Notes: generated by a model from the letters alone, not told the origin. Shown: positions 27,505 through 43,522, counted from the first letter of the stretch. The stretch is 64,000 nucleotides of DNA from Chrysomallon squamiferum (GCA_012295275.1 CM022677.1:16244001-16308000); one strand, 5' to 3'. Numbers and translations are program-made.

Positions 27505-28230
27505 AAAATAACATCCATAATAATGATAAATATATCAAAATGAAAGTAGTTATAAATATAAGGAGATAACGTATGATAAAGATAAAACTGTGTATGATTA
27601 TAACAAGGAGTATGGAAGAGAAAGTAAGAGAGACAGAATGACTGAGGTACAGACACAGACAGATAGACGTACAGACAGACAGAGATAAATATCTTAAAAC
27701 TTACGTAGATACTGAAAGAAATCCGCCCACAAGTTTACTGAAATTGAGTGAATAAATAACTAAACAAATAACAGTTATAACAATGATATTAATAACAGTA
27801 ACGATAATGATAATGTAATATTTAACATACTGAATATATCAATCTAGCAATTTATTAAAACATGAAAACGATGAAATTTTTTTTTATTTTATTTTTCTAC
27901 ATATTTTTTTCCTTATCATTTTAAAAGAAGGAAAGAACAAACGATGGTAACGAATAAATACATTAATGAAAAAAACAAAAACAGAAAGTAATGAAATGAA
28001 AAGAATATATATATATATATATATAATTTAAAGACAGATGTCTGTAATAATACATACGTAATGACGAATCTGAAAGTTCCTCAGCATCATGACACTGGCC
28101 ATAGTGCATCCACACACCTGAAAGTAAAACATTCTTAATTAAACTCTGAATATATTTTTTGCACTTCCAAACTACCTATCTGTCTGTCTGTCTGTCTGTC
28201 GCTTTCGCTCTCTCACTAGATGTGTGTGTT

Positions 28231-28282
<52 letters not shown>

Positions 28283-28348
28283 TATATTGTATTTTGTCTT
28301 TCTCTGAAGCCTTCATTATCTCTCTCTCTCTCTTTCTATGCCAGTGTA

Positions 28349-28575
28349 CAGCGGCACCTTGACTTACGAGTTTTCCGAGTTAGGAGAAGTCACTTGGTCG
28401 ATTTTCGAGTTACGAGCGAGCTTCAGATACGCCACCGCTTGTTGGCTAGTTGGTTTTGGGGGGCTGGAACGGATTAATGGCATTTCAATTAATTTGGGAA
28501 AATTGATTTGATATACGAGCAAACTGAGTTACGAGCTCGGTAACTCAAGGTCACTCGTAACTTAAGGTACCACTA
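28349..28575 (+). mobile_element. Complete ~227-bp Tigger/pogo-family MITE
   Basis: TA-CAGCGGCACCTTGACTTACGAG ... CTCGTAACTTAAGGTACCACTA-TA: imperfect TIRs and TA target duplication. The 3' half matches 6860-6984. Confidence 0.85.
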
Positions 28576-28659
28576 TATATGTATATGTATGTATGTATTG
28601 TATGCATGTATGTATGTGTGTATATATATATATATATATGCATGTATGTATGTGTGTAC

Positions 28660-28707
<48 letters not shown>

Positions 28708-29335
28708 ACACATATATTTATATATATGTCTATCAGTCTGTCTGTCTCTTTGTTTCTCTGCAGTTTTGTGGGTCTGATATATTCGATCCTTACTAATTTA
28801 GTTACTTAATTATTTACCTACCTACTTATTTCTCTTTAAGAAGATTTCATCGAGTGCAGACAAGTCAGTTTAAAATAATCATTAAAACTAAGAAACAGAC
28901 ACACGCTATCGAACGATCCCTAATTAATCTGTCCCCTTTGATTTCGTCCACAAAAATAAATCTTTCGCTTCCACTTAGATAACCCGAGGTATCATGGGAT
29001 AGATGGTTCTAAAAATAGCGAAACAAACCGCGCGCGTTTCCTTGGCAGTCCGAACGTGACCTATTTTTGTTTTGCACTGTTGGTGACGTCACGTTTAATG
29101 GAAGACCTACAAACTTAAACCATTCCGAGCGACCGATAGATAAGAAAGTACTAAGGCGATTTCGTGATGCCTCTGTGCTTTCATTTACCTCAGTGAACTA
29201 ATATTAAGATATGTTACTGTATGTATTACACAGTCAGATTTATACGTACACAGACAGACGCATGAGAACAGTAGGCAATGACCATAAAAAAAAAAGCATC
29301 GATACCAAAAACAAGAGGTAGACAGACAAAATAAC

Positions 29336-29409
<74 letters not shown>

Positions 29410-29550
29410 TAGAAATATCTGTCTTGACATACAAACACGCTTATAGTAGATATACAGATAGAAAGTAGGTAGGTAGATAGATATGTGTGTGTGTTTCTGT
29501 TTGCGTACGTGTGCATATATATAGACAGATGGATAGATGGCTAGACTTAT

Positions 29551-29601
<51 letters not shown>

Positions 29602-29632
29602 CACACACAGCCAGAGAGACAGACAGATAGAG

Positions 29633-29707
<75 letters not shown>

Positions 29708-29739
29708 ATGACACATATAAATATAAGTCAGACTAACTT

Positions 29740-29787
<48 letters not shown>

Positions 29788-31526
29788 ACAATTTCTTTGT
29801 ATCGACCGTGTCAGCCGATAAATGCAGAAGTTGATAAAGAAACGAACAAGGAAAATAATAAACATAATAATCATATCAGTTTTGTCAATTTTCAAGATCG
29901 TCAAAGTAATTTTATTTTCTCGATTATGTCTCGTTTTGAATACACTTATTATTATTATTATTGTTGTTGAAGTTGTCGTCATTGTTAAATAAATAATTAA
30001 AACAGATGCATGGGAAAAAAAAGACTGGAAATCCTTGATCTGGAAACCTCGTTATCTCGAATCTGGGTAACCAAAACACAAAACGAGTTACTTAAAAACA
30101 CCAAAAAACTCACCACCAACCAAACACATCACAACTACCAACACAAAAATAGCATTCTGGCACAATGCTGTTGTCGTAGTTTTCACCAGTACCATCCGTA
30201 CATTCGATAGTTAGTCCAAACAAACAAGGTAAAAGATAAAAATATTTTCTCAAAACAGTGTGACGTTGACCTTTGGGATTTAAATGGGACTCTTTTTTTT
30301 TCTGGTGGAAAAAAGTGTGAAAGTATTGACAGTCATACGGGTCATAAATCAGAATAAATGTAATTTTATCAATGTAATATGTATACGTGTGTGTTTGTGC
30401 GTGTGTTGGTGTTACAACAATTACAAACTTATTTATTCGCTACTTTACTGTTGAATCTTTTAATTAACATTAATTTTCGAAACACAGATATTTAAATAAA
30501 ATTAAGATATTGTAACAATATTCATTTCTTCGAAATATCGGTTATAATCGGATACAAACACAAACACAGGAGGCACACACACACGCACAGACACACACAC
30601 ACACACACATACATCAAACACGCATAACAGACACAAGTACTAATCCAACGGATATTACATGAACACGACGCATGCAATAAATTTCCGATCATTTGACGAA
30701 ACGGCCTACCGTACTAATTTAGCTTATACGCTGAAAACATCACGCTTGTTGTGTTGTGTCTGTTGATAACGAGTTCGTGTTTTTCTCAGTTTTGATAGCA
30801 CATATGGCCGTTTCACATGTTTAGCGTTTTTGTTTTGCTGAAAGTGTGTTTATGTAAGTTTTGATAAAGAGTTCATATCGGAGGCTGACGTTGTACTGTT
30901 TGTCGGATATTCTCAATCGGTAGATTTTGTTAGACACAAGAATGTGGTCTCATTCCATTGTTTTGTGGAGCTTTGATGCTAAATAAATAAATAAATAAAA
31001 TAAATAAATAAATAAATAATTATATAAATAAATAATGGGATAAATGATTCAATAAAAAAATAATAATAATAATAAATAATAATCAAATAAATAAATATAC
31101 AAAAAATAAAAATGGATAATAATAATAAATCAAATCAAAATAAATAAATAATAATAAATAAACAACAACAATAACAATAATAATAGCAAAGTAACAACAA
31201 CAACAACAAAGAATCGCACTAAAAAAGAATTTAAAAAAAAATTAAAACGTGTCGTGAGACCTCGCAAAGGTATAATTATTACTCCTGTCCACATATGAAC
31301 GTTCAGCTTCGTATGAAAGACAAAAAAAAAAAAGATTTTTAAAAAAAAAAGTAAAATAAAATAAGCCCATCTCCAGAGATACTATTACTGTTTTTATCCT
31401 CGTGATAACGTTTCAGTTTGTGTAAGTCGCAATTACGTGTGGATTTTGATCGAAAACGTCTATCGCCGACTGAGGTGTTCTCGGCTCTCAAGGAGGAAAT
31501 TACCATGACAAAAACATAAGCTCCGG

Positions 31527-32412
31527 TAAAGCGTCGTTCACACCAAACAACTTGTCCGACCGTCTTGCTAAAATTAGATCCGGTTTTTAACAGTCGGGAC
31601 GGTAATTTTGTAAAGCGTTGTTCACACTAAACAACCTGTCTAACCGTCTTGTTAAAATTGGATCTATCTGTGTTTAACAGTTCTGACGGTAATTTTATAA
31701 AGCGTCGTTCACACCAGACAACTTGTCTAATTCCCTTGTCAAAGTTCTCTCCATTTTTAAAATGTGGACATCTCAGTTGTAATATAGTTTGTATAAAGCA
31801 GTGTTCACACTAAACAATTTCAATTTCTAATGAATGAGGGACAGAGTAAGTATAAAGTTGCGTTCACACTAAGCGATTTCTCTAACCGTCTCGTTAAAGT
31901 TAGATCTATTTTCAAAGGATATCTCATTTGTAATGTAATTTGTGTAAAGCTCCATTCACACTAGACGACTTGACCAAAAATACGTTAGCGATTTGTAACG
32001 TGAAAACACTTTAATAATAATAGCTTTAGTGTAATGTGCTGTTCACACTACGCAATTTATTTGCCTAAACGTTTTGCGATAAAAATCCTATCAGACTGAA
32101 CAAAATATTAATATTAAGCTGTGTTCGTACAGTGCGAATTATATATCATTATCATCATCGTTGTCGTCTTCATCATCTTCTTCTTCGTCTTCTTTCTGTT
32201 TAGCTGACTTTTGTGGTTTATATAATTACGCATGGCTAATGGGTGTTCTCAGCTGGCGTTTTTTATCATCATCATCATCGTCGTCGTCATAATCATCATC
32301 ATAATTATCATCATCATCATCATCAGGCATTTAAAAAAAAAAAAAAAATTAAACTTTTTTAAACCATCCAAAAAAAAAGTTATATAAAATCGCCAGGTGT
32401 GAACAAACTCTA
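31527..32412. repeat. Array of eight TAAAGC.TGTTCACACT heads, plus one inverted copy, resembling PIF/Harbinger MITE ends
   Basis: Heads at 31527, 31611, 31698, 31794, 31853, 31945, 32032 and 32114. Inverted copy aaatcgccaggtgtgaacaaactcta at ~32387-32412. Confidence 0.8.
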
Positions 32413-32756
32413 AAACAGAAACCTTGAATGTCTTCCCGCGAGACTTGGAAACGAATGATATGAAAACAGGCCTGTGTTGTTTGCTACTAAGCAGCCACGT
32501 CTGTTTCAAATTAATACGATGATGGTGTCCATTACTGCCAAAGCATTCACCGTAGAATTCATAGTACAAATGTTTATTATCTTTTACTGCTCTTCCTTAA
32601 CTATTTGCTGTTTTCCTCTTTTCTTTCTTTCTTCTTTCTTCTTCTTAACGCTGAAAAAGCTGTGATCTGTGTCCATTTGTATCGTTTCCTTCGTTCTTTC
32701 TTTCATTAAACATCTATCTATATGTATTTCTCTCTCTCTGTCTGTCTGTCTGTCTT

Positions 32757-32870
<114 letters not shown>

Positions 32871-33443
32871 CTCTCTCCCTGTGTGTGTGTATGTGTGTGT
32901 CTTATGGTTTATTTATTTTCTACATTTTTTTTTCAATCAGTTTGTGTAACTCATATGCCTATTTGGCTTTGCCTGTCTGTCTCACTGTTTGTCTGCCTTT
33001 TTCGTCATCTGTCTGTCCGTCTGTCTATCTCTGTCTGTCTGTTTTAGTATTAATGTACCTACGTACGCACGCACTTAACTGAATATGTATCTGTGTGTGT
33101 TCGATTAAGTCTAAGTGTCTTTTACGTTTCTGTTCGTAACAGATTTTCTAGATTTTAGTTTTTACTGGAGAGAGAGAGAGCTATTAGATTAAAAGCTAAA
33201 CTTGATCTCTAGAGATTAGATTTGAAAATGTCTTTACTGCTTGTTTTATTTTTTTTAATTTAACCTTCAGGTCTGAGTAAGCTAATTAAAAATATATGTA
33301 CGGATAATAATGGAATTGTGATGACTGTTACAAGTCGTCAAAATGCCATTAAAATCTTGTAATGTTTATTTTATTAGTTTTTGCTTCTTCGTTTTCTAAT
33401 GTTTTTAGAATGTGATAAAAAAAAATCAGAACAAGAGAGAGTG

Positions 33444-33541
<98 letters not shown>

Positions 33542-35385
33542 TTTAGTCAAATGAAATTGCGCAAGATTATATTATGTTTGTTTTTTTTGTTTAGTGTTCC
33601 GTGTTTGAAAAACAAATAAATAAACTTCATTTCGTTTAAGACATATTTTTCCTTCAAACGAATTTTAACAACCAATTAATATTAGAATACTAATAATATC
33701 ACCACTGTTAAAACTACTACCGCTAGTACTACTAGTGTTAGTACCACTATCACTACTGCTGCTACTACTATTTCTACGCCACTATTAGTATGACTACTAC
33801 TACTACTATTACTATTAACTAGCATTACAAATGTAACTACTACAGACTATTACTATTGCTACTACTACTACTAACTAGAATTGCTACCATTACTAATGCT
33901 ATTACTAACGCTAAACTAACACTATTATTACTTCTACTGTTACCATTACTATTACTATTGCTGCTATTACTATTGCTATTTTTACTATTACTACTATTAC
34001 TAACTTTTTTTTTATATGAACTGTAAGCTAATGACTAGGACTTGAAGGTATTAAACAATACAAATATTATACTAATAACTAGTATTACTACTACTAGTAT
34101 TACTTTTACTAGTATCACTGCTATTAATACTTCAACTTTTACTGTTCATGTTTTCAGTTTTCATTGTTCTTTTTATCACACACAAACAATTAAAACATTA
34201 ATCGATTTGCAGGGTTTTCGTATTTTTTTTTTCTCTTAATTTTCATTTTGAATTTTTCTTCTTTTTTTTTCTTCTTCTTCTTCTTCTTTTTTTCTTCCTC
34301 TCTTTCCCTTGTTTAAAATGCAAAAGATAATTGTGCTGTGTCACTCAATGACGTCATATCGTAACCTCGTTAGATCTTCGAATTTTAATTTAATGCCGGT
34401 TCCATTGGGACAAAGGGAAAACGTTGGATTCTTTTAATAAGAAATGACACATTAAAGGGTGTTCTGCAAATTTAGTTATCTTTCGGGATGACTTTCAATA
34501 ATTACGTTTGTCATTTTTAGCTAAAAACGATTTAAGTGAATTATTTTATGCTGTTTTTTCTCTAACTCTCTCTCTCTCAAAATGATTCTGATATATTTTA
34601 GGAATTTTATTTGTTTCTATTTAGATAAAGAAAGTATTTAAGTCATTTAAAATATTTATATGTATATAGTCGAGAGAAAAATATTACCGATCTGAATATA
34701 ATAAGTATATCAGGAAATCAATTAATATATATACATGTCTGTATATGTGTGTGTGTGTGTGTGCGTGTGTGTTTATATATATATATATATATACATAAAC
34801 ACTCATACAGGCGCTTAATTTACACTTATTCTTAAGATTTTATTTCTTTTTAAAATCTCTAAGAAATAATTTTTAGAACTGGAACCCCTATCAAAATTTT
34901 TACTATGACAGAAATACGATGAATTAAGTAATGGAATTATAATAATAATTTTAGAAGTGTTCTAGTATTATCAGAGGGCGCTAACCAAGTTTAATTAAAA
35001 TAATAATAATAAATGAAAAAAAAAATATATATATATTTTCGTATAGGTTCTGGAAGTATTCTATTGTAGAAAAACTCTTATAAATCTATATTTAAATCGA
35101 TTTTCTTGTTATTATTTACTAAAGTGTAACGGTTTCTACGAAACAAACAGCAAGAACAAACATGTGACATAGCTATAATTATTAGTATAAACAACAGGCA
35201 TTAATTCATTTATAATTTATTTGTCAACTTTTACGAAACCGTTTATGAAACAATACATCTGACGCTCTCGTTTCAGATCGTTAATTGAAATCTTACGGTA
35301 TGTCAACAGCTTTATGAATAAAACAACAAACAGAATGTCGCATGAACTCTTTCCTTCCTTCTTCTGTCTCTCTACCTCAGTTTCA

Positions 35386-35454
<69 letters not shown>

Positions 35455-35822
35455 GTTTCTACCTTACGCAGTACGGTTATAGCTCTATCCTACAGCGTAT
35501 GTCCAGAAGAACGTACTTGAACCGTTAATTGACGTCAACACTTACAGAAGACGAAATGAAATTGACACCGTTATTAACAGTAATTTACCAGATAACCCGG
35601 TTTGTCGATGTCAACGGAACGTCGCTTCTGAAATCGACAAAACGTGAAATAGACATCACCTTCGAGACGATTAAAAATTGATTTCATACTTCGAGCTAAT
35701 AGAATTATCGATATATTAATGTTTATTAATTTCTTTTTTCTTACTAAAAGATATTCTTCTTTTTCTTCTTCTTCTTATTATTATTTATTTTTATTATTTT
35801 TATTGTAAACATTGACGTTATG

Positions 35823-35865
<43 letters not shown>

Positions 35866-36042
35866 GTATGTATATATGTATATTTGCTATAGTTTAGCTG
35901 TCTGATATTTCGATATAATTATGACATAGATTAGTATCTTCACAACATTAGATAGATGTATCAATTCAATTATTATAACTAGTTATTATTATTATTATTG
36001 TTTTATTATTATTATTATTACTGTTATTATTATTATTATTAC

Positions 36043-36081
<39 letters not shown>

Positions 36082-36715
36082 ACTCGTTTTTATCTTTTTC
36101 CTTTTCTTTTGTATTATTTTTTCAATCATTTTAAATCTTTTACGTTTTTTAATTTTTTTAATTTCTAAATTTTTCTCGTTTTTTCCTTTTTGTTTTTGTT
36201 GTTGTTCTTATCTTTAGTTTACATTTATTGATTTTTCGTTTCGTTTTGAGCTCACCTTTGTAGAATCTGTGATCTTTTAAATGATGTCGTTAAGGACTTT
36301 GATCTTCCCAGTCTTTAATTGCGTAAGCTGACATTAAAGAGTATTAATACTTGATAATATTCTGTTGTTTCGGTTTTGCGTGCAAGTCGAACATTTGAAA
36401 TCTTAGACAAGCGTATAAAGCTTACGACTCTCGTAAAAATATAAAAATAAACTAAACTGGAGATACATGTTGTAGAAATAATGGTGCTCGTAAATGACTA
36501 TAAATATTTTATCTTGGTAATTTCGAATTTATGTATTATAAAGGTTTTGAAATCTGGACGACAGACAGATTAGTAGAAAATCGATGTAAGTCTATCTCCC
36601 CCCCCCCGTATTTTATCTATGTTTGTATGTGTCTGTTTGTATGTGTCTCCGAGTTTGTATGTACGTACTTTGGATATATGTATATGTGTATGTAGGTAAG
36701 TACGCAGTTACATAG

Positions 36716-36887
<172 letters not shown>

Positions 36888-37578
36888 GTTTATTTTGTCT
36901 TTATATACGTACGTGTGTGTGTTTGTGTCTGTGTGTATATATACCTATCTATCTGTTTATCTATTATTTTTGTTAGTATGTATGAATAAATGCAAGAATG
37001 CATGAATTTATGTATATATATGCATGCGCTTAATATGTATCTCTCTATCTATACAGACATATATATACATATAAATCAATCACACGCTTTTGATTAATCC
37101 TATTCATAACACGAGACTGAGAAGATGGATATGTCTGTCTCTCTGTCTGTCTGTAATTGTGTGTGTGTGTGTGTGTGTGTGTCATTAATCTTTCCTGGAT
37201 ATTCTTAATAAAAACTAGAATCACGTATATTTGTAGAAAACGTATTTTCATTTCCTTGCTCCGTCGAGCATAGGAGATGTCCAGGAAATTGACAACCGTT
37301 AGAAATAAGCACGTTTCATAGATAAATAGATATATTCTATAATTTCTGGGTTTTTTAATCTATTTCGTCGACCTATTTTTTTTTTTTTTTTGAATATTGT
37401 GGTAGAATGAATGTACAGTGAAGTTAAGATGTGTTTTAAGTGGAATTTGGTTTAATCTACACAAGATTTTTCTTTCTTTTTTCTTTTCCTTTTTCTTTCT
37501 CATTTTGTTTGTTTTTCTGGTATGTTATTGTGCATTTGCTTTTTCGCTTTTTTGGTTTTGTTTTGGTTTTCTCTCTTC

Positions 37579-37703
<125 letters not shown>

Positions 37704-37923
37704 CTCCATCTCTCTGTTTTATTTTCATCTAGATCTACAGACCTGTGATTTTATGTATGTCTGTGTTATCTACGTTGTTGTGTGTGAGTGTGTCTGTTTA
37801 AAACTTGAGAAATTAACTCATCAATAAATGTTTTATTTCTAGTTTCTTATATCAATAATTATCCGTTCATAAAATGTTTTATTTATTTATTAATTCCTTT
37901 GTATTTGACAAAGAGATAATGAA

Positions 37924-38001
<78 letters not shown>

Positions 38002-38650
38002 AGAACGAGAAAAATGTAATGATTTTCATTATAACTTTCTTTCACTAATATAATATTTAAAAAGAAAGAAAAAAAAAAAAAAAACAAGATTAAACAAGGA
38101 AAAATACTCAAAATCGAATATCATGTCATTTACGTGCCATCTCAAAAACGTCACTGCTAAATCTCAACCCACGTTTTCATCGTCCATCAAATTCCACATC
38201 CAGTTATTGTTATTCGAAATTCTTTCTTCTTCCGTGTGAGACGAAACAAACCAAATTAATCTGATTCCATTTCCAGCGTGTCCATCAGACTGCCAACACA
38301 CAATCATTAATCACATTTTTTTTTTTTTTTTTTTGACGTTTATAATAATAATCGTTATAGAAACCATCGATAGTTAACCATATATCGATATTTGTTATAA
38401 CAGTACTTTTTCGATATACTGTCTGACATTTGTGTTTCTTTTGACAGAAATAATTAAGGGTTAATATGATTCTAGGTTTCCTAAAAATTGAAATAGTGAC
38501 AGGTTATCAGATACGCTTATATTTTCTGAATAATTTTCTAATATTTATGTGGACAAAACAATTTATTTGTCATATATGTATATATAATAATAATAATGAA
38601 AGGTGACAGATAATTGAATATATGTTATTACAACCAAACACGTTCTTCTT

Positions 38651-38703
<53 letters not shown>

Positions 38704-39539
38704 GTATGCGGGTGTGTGTGTGTGTATATATATATATAAAACACAAAACTGACAGATAATTGAATACATATTATTACAGCTAAAAACACGTTGCTTGTTA
38801 TATATATATATATACATATATTGTCGACAGTTATTCTGATGTCAATGTTAATTATAACAAATGTCGACACTTAATCTCATACTTCATAAAAAAAAAACAA
38901 CAAAAAAACAACAAACACTTTCTGATACTAATTTTTCTTATGACTTCATTTAATTTGATAACAATATTAGTTACAAAAGAAACATGCACAAATCAGCTGA
39001 TAATACTGCTGCTTATAAATAAATGCTGAAGGTTAAATAGATACGGGTATTAGTTATAACATATCGTCGACATTTAACTACATAATAATACTGAGTATAG
39101 CAACACATCTACAGTATATTAATTACACACCCACACACACTCTTACACACACCCACACCCACACCCACACCCACACACACACATATATAACATAATCATC
39201 AATAGTTAAATAGTTTTTGTACTTCACTACAACTGTAAACATTCGTCTTGCTAACGTTTTTTTTTTTTTTTTTTTTTTGAATAATTTAAACTACAGAGCT
39301 CGATATTTATGTTTGAATATGCCATAGGAATTGTTTGGAATGTTCCAATTCTTTCTACAGTTCAAGCCATAAAGGATATGGTTTCTTTGAGAGTGTGTTG
39401 TTAAAAATTCAAAAATATTTGTCTTGCTTCCGTGAGAGCAAAAAAATATCTGGCAACATTTTCTTATAATTAAAACTACAGCGAAACCGCATACTAAAAT
39501 AATAATAATAATAAAAAAAAAAGAGAGAAAAATTTCCAT

Positions 39540-40260
39540 TGGTTAAACGCGCCGAGAGAGAGAAAAATTATTAGCCAGTGTAATAACGAGTAACATTTAC
39601 TGCGGAGCTGTTATTTCGAGATACGAAGAAGACATTCGCTGTCGCTCATTTAACGAAATATCGCTCAGGAAACAAACGAAAAAGGCTTGGAGCATAAACA
39701 GAAAGAAAATGTGTATTTATTTACATAACAGTGTGCATTGATCAATAGGAACCTGTGGCTTAAAGAAAGTGTTATCTTCAGGTTTTTTTTTTGTTGTTTT
39801 TTTTTCAATAGTTTCGATAAACTTGATTCTTTCTTTCGCTCCGTACTCGTATGTCTCGATAGTTTTAATTGTCTCGATCGTCGTAATTGTGTTGATCTTC
39901 TCCGCCGTCTCGGATCAATAAGTCTCGATCCGTGAAAGATGTTTTTGTCTCGATAAGTTTTAGTCTCTTTGTGTCTGCCTGCAATGAAATGCTTGGCAAT
40001 GGACACGGTTTGAAAGAATTTTTTTTTATTTCTTTTTCTTTTTTTTTTTTTTTTTTTTTTTTTATCTGCGAGTATTGATCGATTTGACGAAGATGCGACA
40101 CAAAGATTTTTCAGTGAAGCGATTAACTGACATATTTTTCAGCGGATACAACGCGTTGTTGTAAAACGACATTGCTTCGAATTGCTCGATGGTTTTGCTG
40201 CTGCAGGACAAATTAGGTGTGGATAAAAGAGCTAATTGTGAGTGAAAGAAGAACGACAAA
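39540..40260 (+). promoter_or_regulatory. CpG-enriched region; candidate promoter/5' leader start of the NPR-like gene
   Basis: High CpG density without coding signal. Followed by 3.4 kb of purine-skewed sequence up to the ATG. Confidence 0.4.
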
Positions 40261-40618
40261 TGAGGAGGAATGAAGAGGAAGAACAGTGCTTAAGAACAAT
40301 TTTCTACACAGAAGAAAAAAAAAAAAAAATGTTATATAAAGGAAAAGAAGAACTGATATTGTGAATTTTTCGAATCGAAAAATTAATATACTTTTTTTTT
40401 TTTTCTTAGTCTTAGTAGTATTACTTCTAGTGGCTACTAAAAAGACAGCTGCTATTGTTACAGTTTTAGAATTTAGTAAAAAGGCAGTTTGTGAAATAAA
40501 GTTCTAAGAACGGATATCATCAAAGGGAAGAAGCTCGTAGGTGAAGAAATAGAAACGACAGCAGCAGCAGCAACAACAACAACAAAAGAAAAGAAAAAAG
40601 GAAACGGAAAACGATTAT

Positions 40619-40654
<36 letters not shown>

Positions 40655-41041
40655 AATTCTGAAAAAAAAGCGAAAATCAAAATTGTAAAACTTCAGGAGA
40701 AAAAAGAGAGAAAAAATAAAGACAAAAAAAAAACACAAATTTTATGAGGCGGTTTAATATAAGAAAAAATAGAAAAAAAGTTTTAGAAGAAACAACAGAC
40801 AGTACAGATTCAGGGGAAATAATATTAAAAAAAAAAATAATAATAATAATGTAAAATGTTTTAGGACTAAAAAATAAAATAGAAAGGAAACCAAGAAATA
40901 CAAAAAACAAAAAAAGAAATAAACTAAATTTTAAGACAAGGAAGAAAAGAAACGAAAAGCTAAGCCTGAGAAGAAAGAAAAAAAAAATAGAGAGAAAAAA
41001 AAAAATTTTTGTTAAAAAAAAAAAACCAGTTTTGTTAAAAA

Positions 41042-41085
<44 letters not shown>

Positions 41086-42358
41086 ATATCAAGAGAAAGC
41101 GGAGAAACTATTGGACAAATCAGGAAGTAAATAATTTTAGGAGAACATAAGGAATAACTTTTAGGAGATTTCAGGAGAAACAAGGAATATTCTTTAAAAG
41201 AAAATTTCAACACTGTAGAACACATACAAGTTATATACATTGAAAGGAAACGTTGACAATACAGAATCTATCAAGGATCCTTTAGGACGGAATACTGACT
41301 AGTTGGGAATTATAAAATTCACACGATAGGAAAACAAGTTGACAAAACATCAGTACACAAGTTACATTATAGGATGAGAAGGTGACAGAACAAAGGGATT
41401 TATAAAAATATTTCACTTTAGGATGAAAAAAGCAACAGTAACTGAGTGATAAAGCTGCTTTCCCAGGAATTATTTTACGCAAATGTGTAGATGATAGATT
41501 ACGATATTTAACGAAGATTCTTTAAAAAAAGAAAAAAAAAAAAGAAAGCAAATTTTTTAAGGAGATAAGGAATCAGGTGTTATTTATGTTTTATATCCCT
41601 GTGAAATGGATTGTGTTTAATGAATAAAGGAAAGCAAGGTGAAGGATATTGAAGAGCTAATAGAGAAAATACAGATCACAAAGGAAATTCAAAATTGGGA
41701 ATTGAAACGAACGAAAAGAGAATAGGAAAAAAGTTTAAAAATAAAATGAAAAATTAATGTAGATAATTATATTAAATAGATAAATAAATAAGTAAATAAA
41801 TAAGTAAGTAAATAAATAAATAAAATATCTAAAAAAAAAGAAAATAAATGTTAAGCATGTAAAAAAAAATCAAGGGAGAAAAAGAATACATTTGTATTAA
41901 AAGTTATTCATAAAATAAAAAATAAAATAAAATAAACGTGAATCTTATAAAGTCAATCTTAACATAATTATAGACTGCGTTTGTTTCATAAAAAGATATA
42001 AAAAAAAAAAAAAAAAAAAAAGAAAAAGGAAGACAAACAGAAAAAAAAAAAAAAAAAAAAAAAAAACGAGGTTAGGAAGAAAAAGAAAACAAACACTGAT
42101 ACTTAGAAAGATCAGCAAAGACAATTTTTTTTTTTTTTTTTTTCCATTTTTAATTAAAAATCTGGATTCGACGAAACGAAGGATTCAGTTTCTTTGCGGT
42201 TTGTTCTTCTGCAAGAAGGGATTTAACCATTGATATTTTCCTTTTATTCTGAATTTGTCTACAGATGTAACCTGAGACTGATCTTTACAGAAAAACGGCT
42301 AAATATATTTTTAATGCAAATACCAAAAATAATATAAAAAAAAAATAAAATAAAAAAA

Positions 42359-42413
<55 letters not shown>

Positions 42414-42418
42414 ACAAA

Positions 42419-42457
<39 letters not shown>

Positions 42458-43522
42458 ACATTTAATTAAAAAGAAAAAGGTAGGAAAATACTACTAGATA
42501 TACTACTCATGTTACAACTTCTACTATAACTACTACTATTAGTTAGTACTACACTAGTCCTACTACTATTACTACTACTACTACTACTACAACTACTACA
42601 CATCAAAATCTACTAAGGACTTTACTGTTACGACAACAACAACTACTACTGCCACACTTACCATTACTACTACAGCAACAGCAGCAGCAACGGCTTGCTC
42701 TCTAATATTAACTACTCCAACTACTACTAGAACTGCTACAGTAACCATTACGACTACATCTACTACAACAACTGCAAACAAAATAACTACAGCAATTATC
42801 TGATCTAACGGCTACAGTACAACAACGACTACTACAACAACATCAACAACAAAACCACTATTTACAACATTTAACTACTACTACTACATTTAACAGTAAC
42901 TACAACAGCGACCTAACGCCAGCTTAACCAGTGATATCAGTGACGGTAACCTTCCCTTCAAAATTTCATAAAACGTTTTCATTTCGGTTTCACTTGGGAA
43001 TTTTTATAACGCTCAGCTTATTGTGTTTCGCTGGCATAAATAATTAACTCTCGATTGGAAATGTGTTGCATTAATCGATTATTACAATTCTGAGTAGGTT
43101 ATATCTAGTGTTAGGCATACTGATTTGTAGACAGTGTCATCGTAAGGATAGAAGCAAACTAGAAGGGAGATAAGTAAATAGATAAGGAAAAGTAGATAAG
43201 ATAAAGAAAAGTTTAGTGTATGATGTAATAGATGAGATAAAAATAAAACAGAATAAAGTATAATGATTAAGTGAATAGAGAAAAGTGAAATAAAATAAAA
43301 TAAGATATAAAATAATTGAAAATAAATTAAAAGGGAAATAAACAAAAATAGAATTAAAAATACATTACTATAAAAATCGAATTAAATGGAATTAACTAAA
43401 GTTAAGTAAGTTAAAAGGAAATAAATTTTTAAAAAATATAAAAAAAAAAAAGAATTATATAAATATAAATAAAAATAAAATAAGCACAAATAAACATAAC
43501 AGAACAGAATAAAATTATCAAA

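Noticed and set aside
31527-32140. True CRISPR array
   Set aside because: Eukaryotic context, no cas genes, degenerate repeats, long and uneven spacers, and several spacers homologous to one another.
40677-41240. 187-aa Phe/Leu-rich minus-strand ORF
   Set aside because: A by-product of poly-A tracts on the plus strand.
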